A stretch of 63,616 nucleotides of DNA from Psammoneis japonica (lineage: Eukaryota), in contig QPGO01000304.1 in the NCBI GenBank assembly GCA_008632985.1, positions 1-63,616 of the forward strand, written 5' to 3'. Shown here piece by piece: positions 60,863 to 63,616 of the stretch (the stretch's first letter is position 1; every line of letters begins with the position of its first letter). Both the position numbers and the translations under genes were made by a program. The notes below the pieces were generated by a model. It searched no databases and was not told where the DNA came from. It saw only the letters and a program-made list of their open reading frames with translations.

Positions 60863-63616
60863 TGACAGTTTTGGAAGTTTATTGGTTAGGGAAACTACCT
60901 CTACTCTAGAGCTAGAGTAGTACGCGGATTGACTTCGGCGCGCGACACAGGCAATGGTTTTTGTCTGGACCTCAGACCTCGCAACTCACGGTCCGCCCGC
61001 CACCCACGAGCGAACCGCGAGGTCTAGTCACGACTCAACGTCATTCTGGTCGCATCTCACGACTACAACCCAGACTCAGATTTTCTCTTCGAAATAATTA
61101 GCTCATCACAAAATCGATTCAAACAGAAGCAACGACATTCGTCATAATTTCTAGACAACGACTTTCAACAAGCGTCTGTTTACCTCTGTCGCCATTCATA
61201 TTGCTACCAACCTCCGAGGTCTTGTCCATCCTACTCAGCTACAGGACTGCATCTCGACTGGTTGTAGAGACCAATTTGCGCGTTGACGAGAGCTCCTGAC
61301 CGAGTCATCGTCACGGACGCTTTCGGTTTTTGATTTTGAAGCAAACCCGGGAAATAGCTGAGTCTCTCTCGCTTCTCTCGTCTTCACTCTAACAAGAACC
61401 TCCCACACTGCACTCTCTGTCATGGCCACCATCGATCCAGATGTTCTGGCAAGGCGTTTGCCGATGCAATGGCCGCTGACGCCACGGCGACTGCTCCTCC
61501 GGCTCCAACCAAGCCGTTACGTGGTGGAATTCACCCAACCCACGGGGTTTACATTGGTGGTTCCAAACTCAACAACAACTGCGAACAATCCAACGATGGA
61601 ACCTGCCGACTCGCCTCTCAGCGCCATCATCCCAAGGCTCTTGACTCGACAGAACGATCTCTCCGCGATCAACAAGCTTCCGCAATGACTTCCAAGTTCA
61701 ACGGTCGACTTGAGATTTCGGACGGTCCCATCAACGAGCTTGACAAGGACCATTTCGTCAAGACTGTTCGAGATCTGGCAGAAGCCCACGGTCAGCAGAC
61801 GTTCCACCATGTCAAGGACAGCGACGACAAGGTTCAACATGTCTTCGACCATCTTCACGAGTTTACTGTGACCGATCTCGTGAACGAGCACACGGTTAGG
61901 AAAGCAGCTGCCGATGATGCCAAGTGCGACGAGATCGAGCTCGACGATGTCGGGCTCTCTCAACTTCTCGTTCACTCAAGAATCACCNNNNNNNNNNNNN
62001 NNNNNNNNNNNNNNNNNNNNNNNNNNNNNNNNNNNNNNNNNNNNNNNNNNNNNNNNNNNNNNNNNNNNNNNNNNNNNNNNNNNNNNNNNNNNNNNNNNNN
62101 NNNNNNNNNNNNNNNNNNNNNNNNNNNNNNNNNNNNNNNNNNNNNNNNNNNNNNNNNNNNNNNNNNNNNNNNNNNNNNNNNNNNNNNNNNNNNNNNNNNN
62201 NNNNNNNNNNNNNNNNNNNNNNNNNNNNNNNNNNNNNNNNNNNNNNNNNNNNNNNNNNNNNNNNNNNNNNNNNNNNNNNNNNNNNNNNNNNNNNNNNNNN
62301 NNNNNNNNNNNNNNNNNNNNNNNNNNNNNNNNNNNNNNNNNNNNNNNNNNNNNNNNNNNNNNNNNNNNNNNNNNNNNNNNNNNNNNNNNNNNNNNNNNNN
62401 NNNNNNNNNNNNNNNNNNNNNNNNNNNNNNNNNNNNNNNNNNNNNNNNNNNNNNNNNNNNNNNNNNNNNNNNNNNNNNNNNNNNNNNNNNNNNNNNNNNN
62501 NNNNNNNNNNNNNNNNNNNNNNNNNNNNNNNNNNNNNNNNNNNNNNNNNNNNNNNNNNNNNNNNNNNNNNNNNNNNNNNNNNNNNNNNNNNNNNNNNNNN
62601 NNNNNNNNNNNNNNNNNNNNNNNNNNNNNNNNNNNNNNNNNNNNNNNNNNNNNNNNNNNNNNNNNNNNNNNNNNNNNNNNNNNNNNNNNNNNNNNNNGGA
62701 CAAGAATGGCAAGGAATGGAAGTGNGTGTGCCACGTGCAAGGCGAAGGGTGCCGACAAACCTGGAATCCACCAGAAGCACTCTACCGCGGAACATGCCGA
62801 CGACCGCAGGCAACCTCCCAAGGAGACCCCAGCCGGGAATTTGTCTTCCGTTGCTGATCCGGATAGTGGCGTGCCCATGGGTCCGCCCGCTCAGACTGCC
62901 AAGGCACCAGAGGGAGACGAATCCGACCCCAACGAGTTGGTTTTCACGGGAATGTGGTGCGCGGCTACGGATCCCGTTGCCGACCCGGATTTCTGTTCCG
63001 CCCCTGTTGCCACTGCAATTGTTGTTACTCCGGCTTCTTCGGCCGAGAGGGAGAGCGACACAGTCGTTAGCACTGAGGTGGTTTGCATCGAAACGAGCCC
63101 ACCTGCACTCACCTCAGTCGTGGATCCAGTCGTGTCTCCCATCGTGGTTGAGACTGTCACTCCCGAAGACGCCGATGACTTCTACGAACACTCCGACGCT
63201 TTCTCCACCTTTGAAAACGAACCACCGGCTATTGAGTTGTTTCCGGCCTCGAAGCTGTGCTCCATCAAGCATCCAGATGAGTTCTTTGATGCTCCCGCAC
63301 ATTTGACGGATATGCTGTCAGACGACACCAAGTTAGATCTCATCCTTGAACACGACGTACACTTTGAAGACGCACACTACGACTTGCCTCCGTGTGTTGC
63401 GTATCGTGGCTTCGATTTCTACGATCCAGAGGTCCTGGATGCGGATGGTTGTCACGAGGACGTCGAAGACGAGCCCACTTCGCGTCGCTCACTCTTGGGT
63501 CGAGTCAAGCTGTTCATGTTCTGGCTCGCCGCCATGTTTTGGGAAACGGTGCTACATCTTTGCTTTGCTCCGATCCCATGTGTTCCTCGAGCTCTACGCC
63601 GCCAGCGCAAACTCCT
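60863..63616 (+). mobile_element. 5' part of a second CoDi-like copia element (putative LTR about 60863-61144; gag from 61469; runs off the window)
   Basis: TGAC...GTCA-bounded segment, then a gag-like ORF with the Zn-knuckle-like KEWKWCATC...H..H after the N gap. Same Tyr>His/Cys pattern. Confidence 0.65.

Overview
Nuclear DNA of a diatom, probably pennate. The evidence is short GT-AG introns, ASAFAP-type plastid presequences and CoDi-type Ty1/copia elements. About 24 host genes are present: HDAC x2, PCC1, FKBP-TPR, Rieske/PAO, QDPR, an APH/MTR-kinase-like protein, bestrophin, a sulfotransferase, DEX1-like, DHX29/57-like, a thioredoxin-fold/arsenite methyltransferase with an in-frame TGA (likely selenocysteine), TAF11, a class III aminotransferase, RPI x2, SDR, CDPK and several hypotheticals. 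These alternate with sharply bounded 2-4 kb islands in which TpA and CpG are almost absent. A copia element with LTRs and a TSD (40435-46804) is nested in one island. It keeps its CpGs but has lost most TpA, and dozens of conserved Tyr codons now read Cys or His (TAY>TGY/CAY). This points to a repeat-targeted A:T>G:C hypermutation at TpA, preferring 5'-TAY, which is the opposite direction to fungal RIP. It is the main finding. The assembly has N gaps and many single-base homopolymer deletions, so frameshifts in host genes are probably errors. All counts were made by eye.
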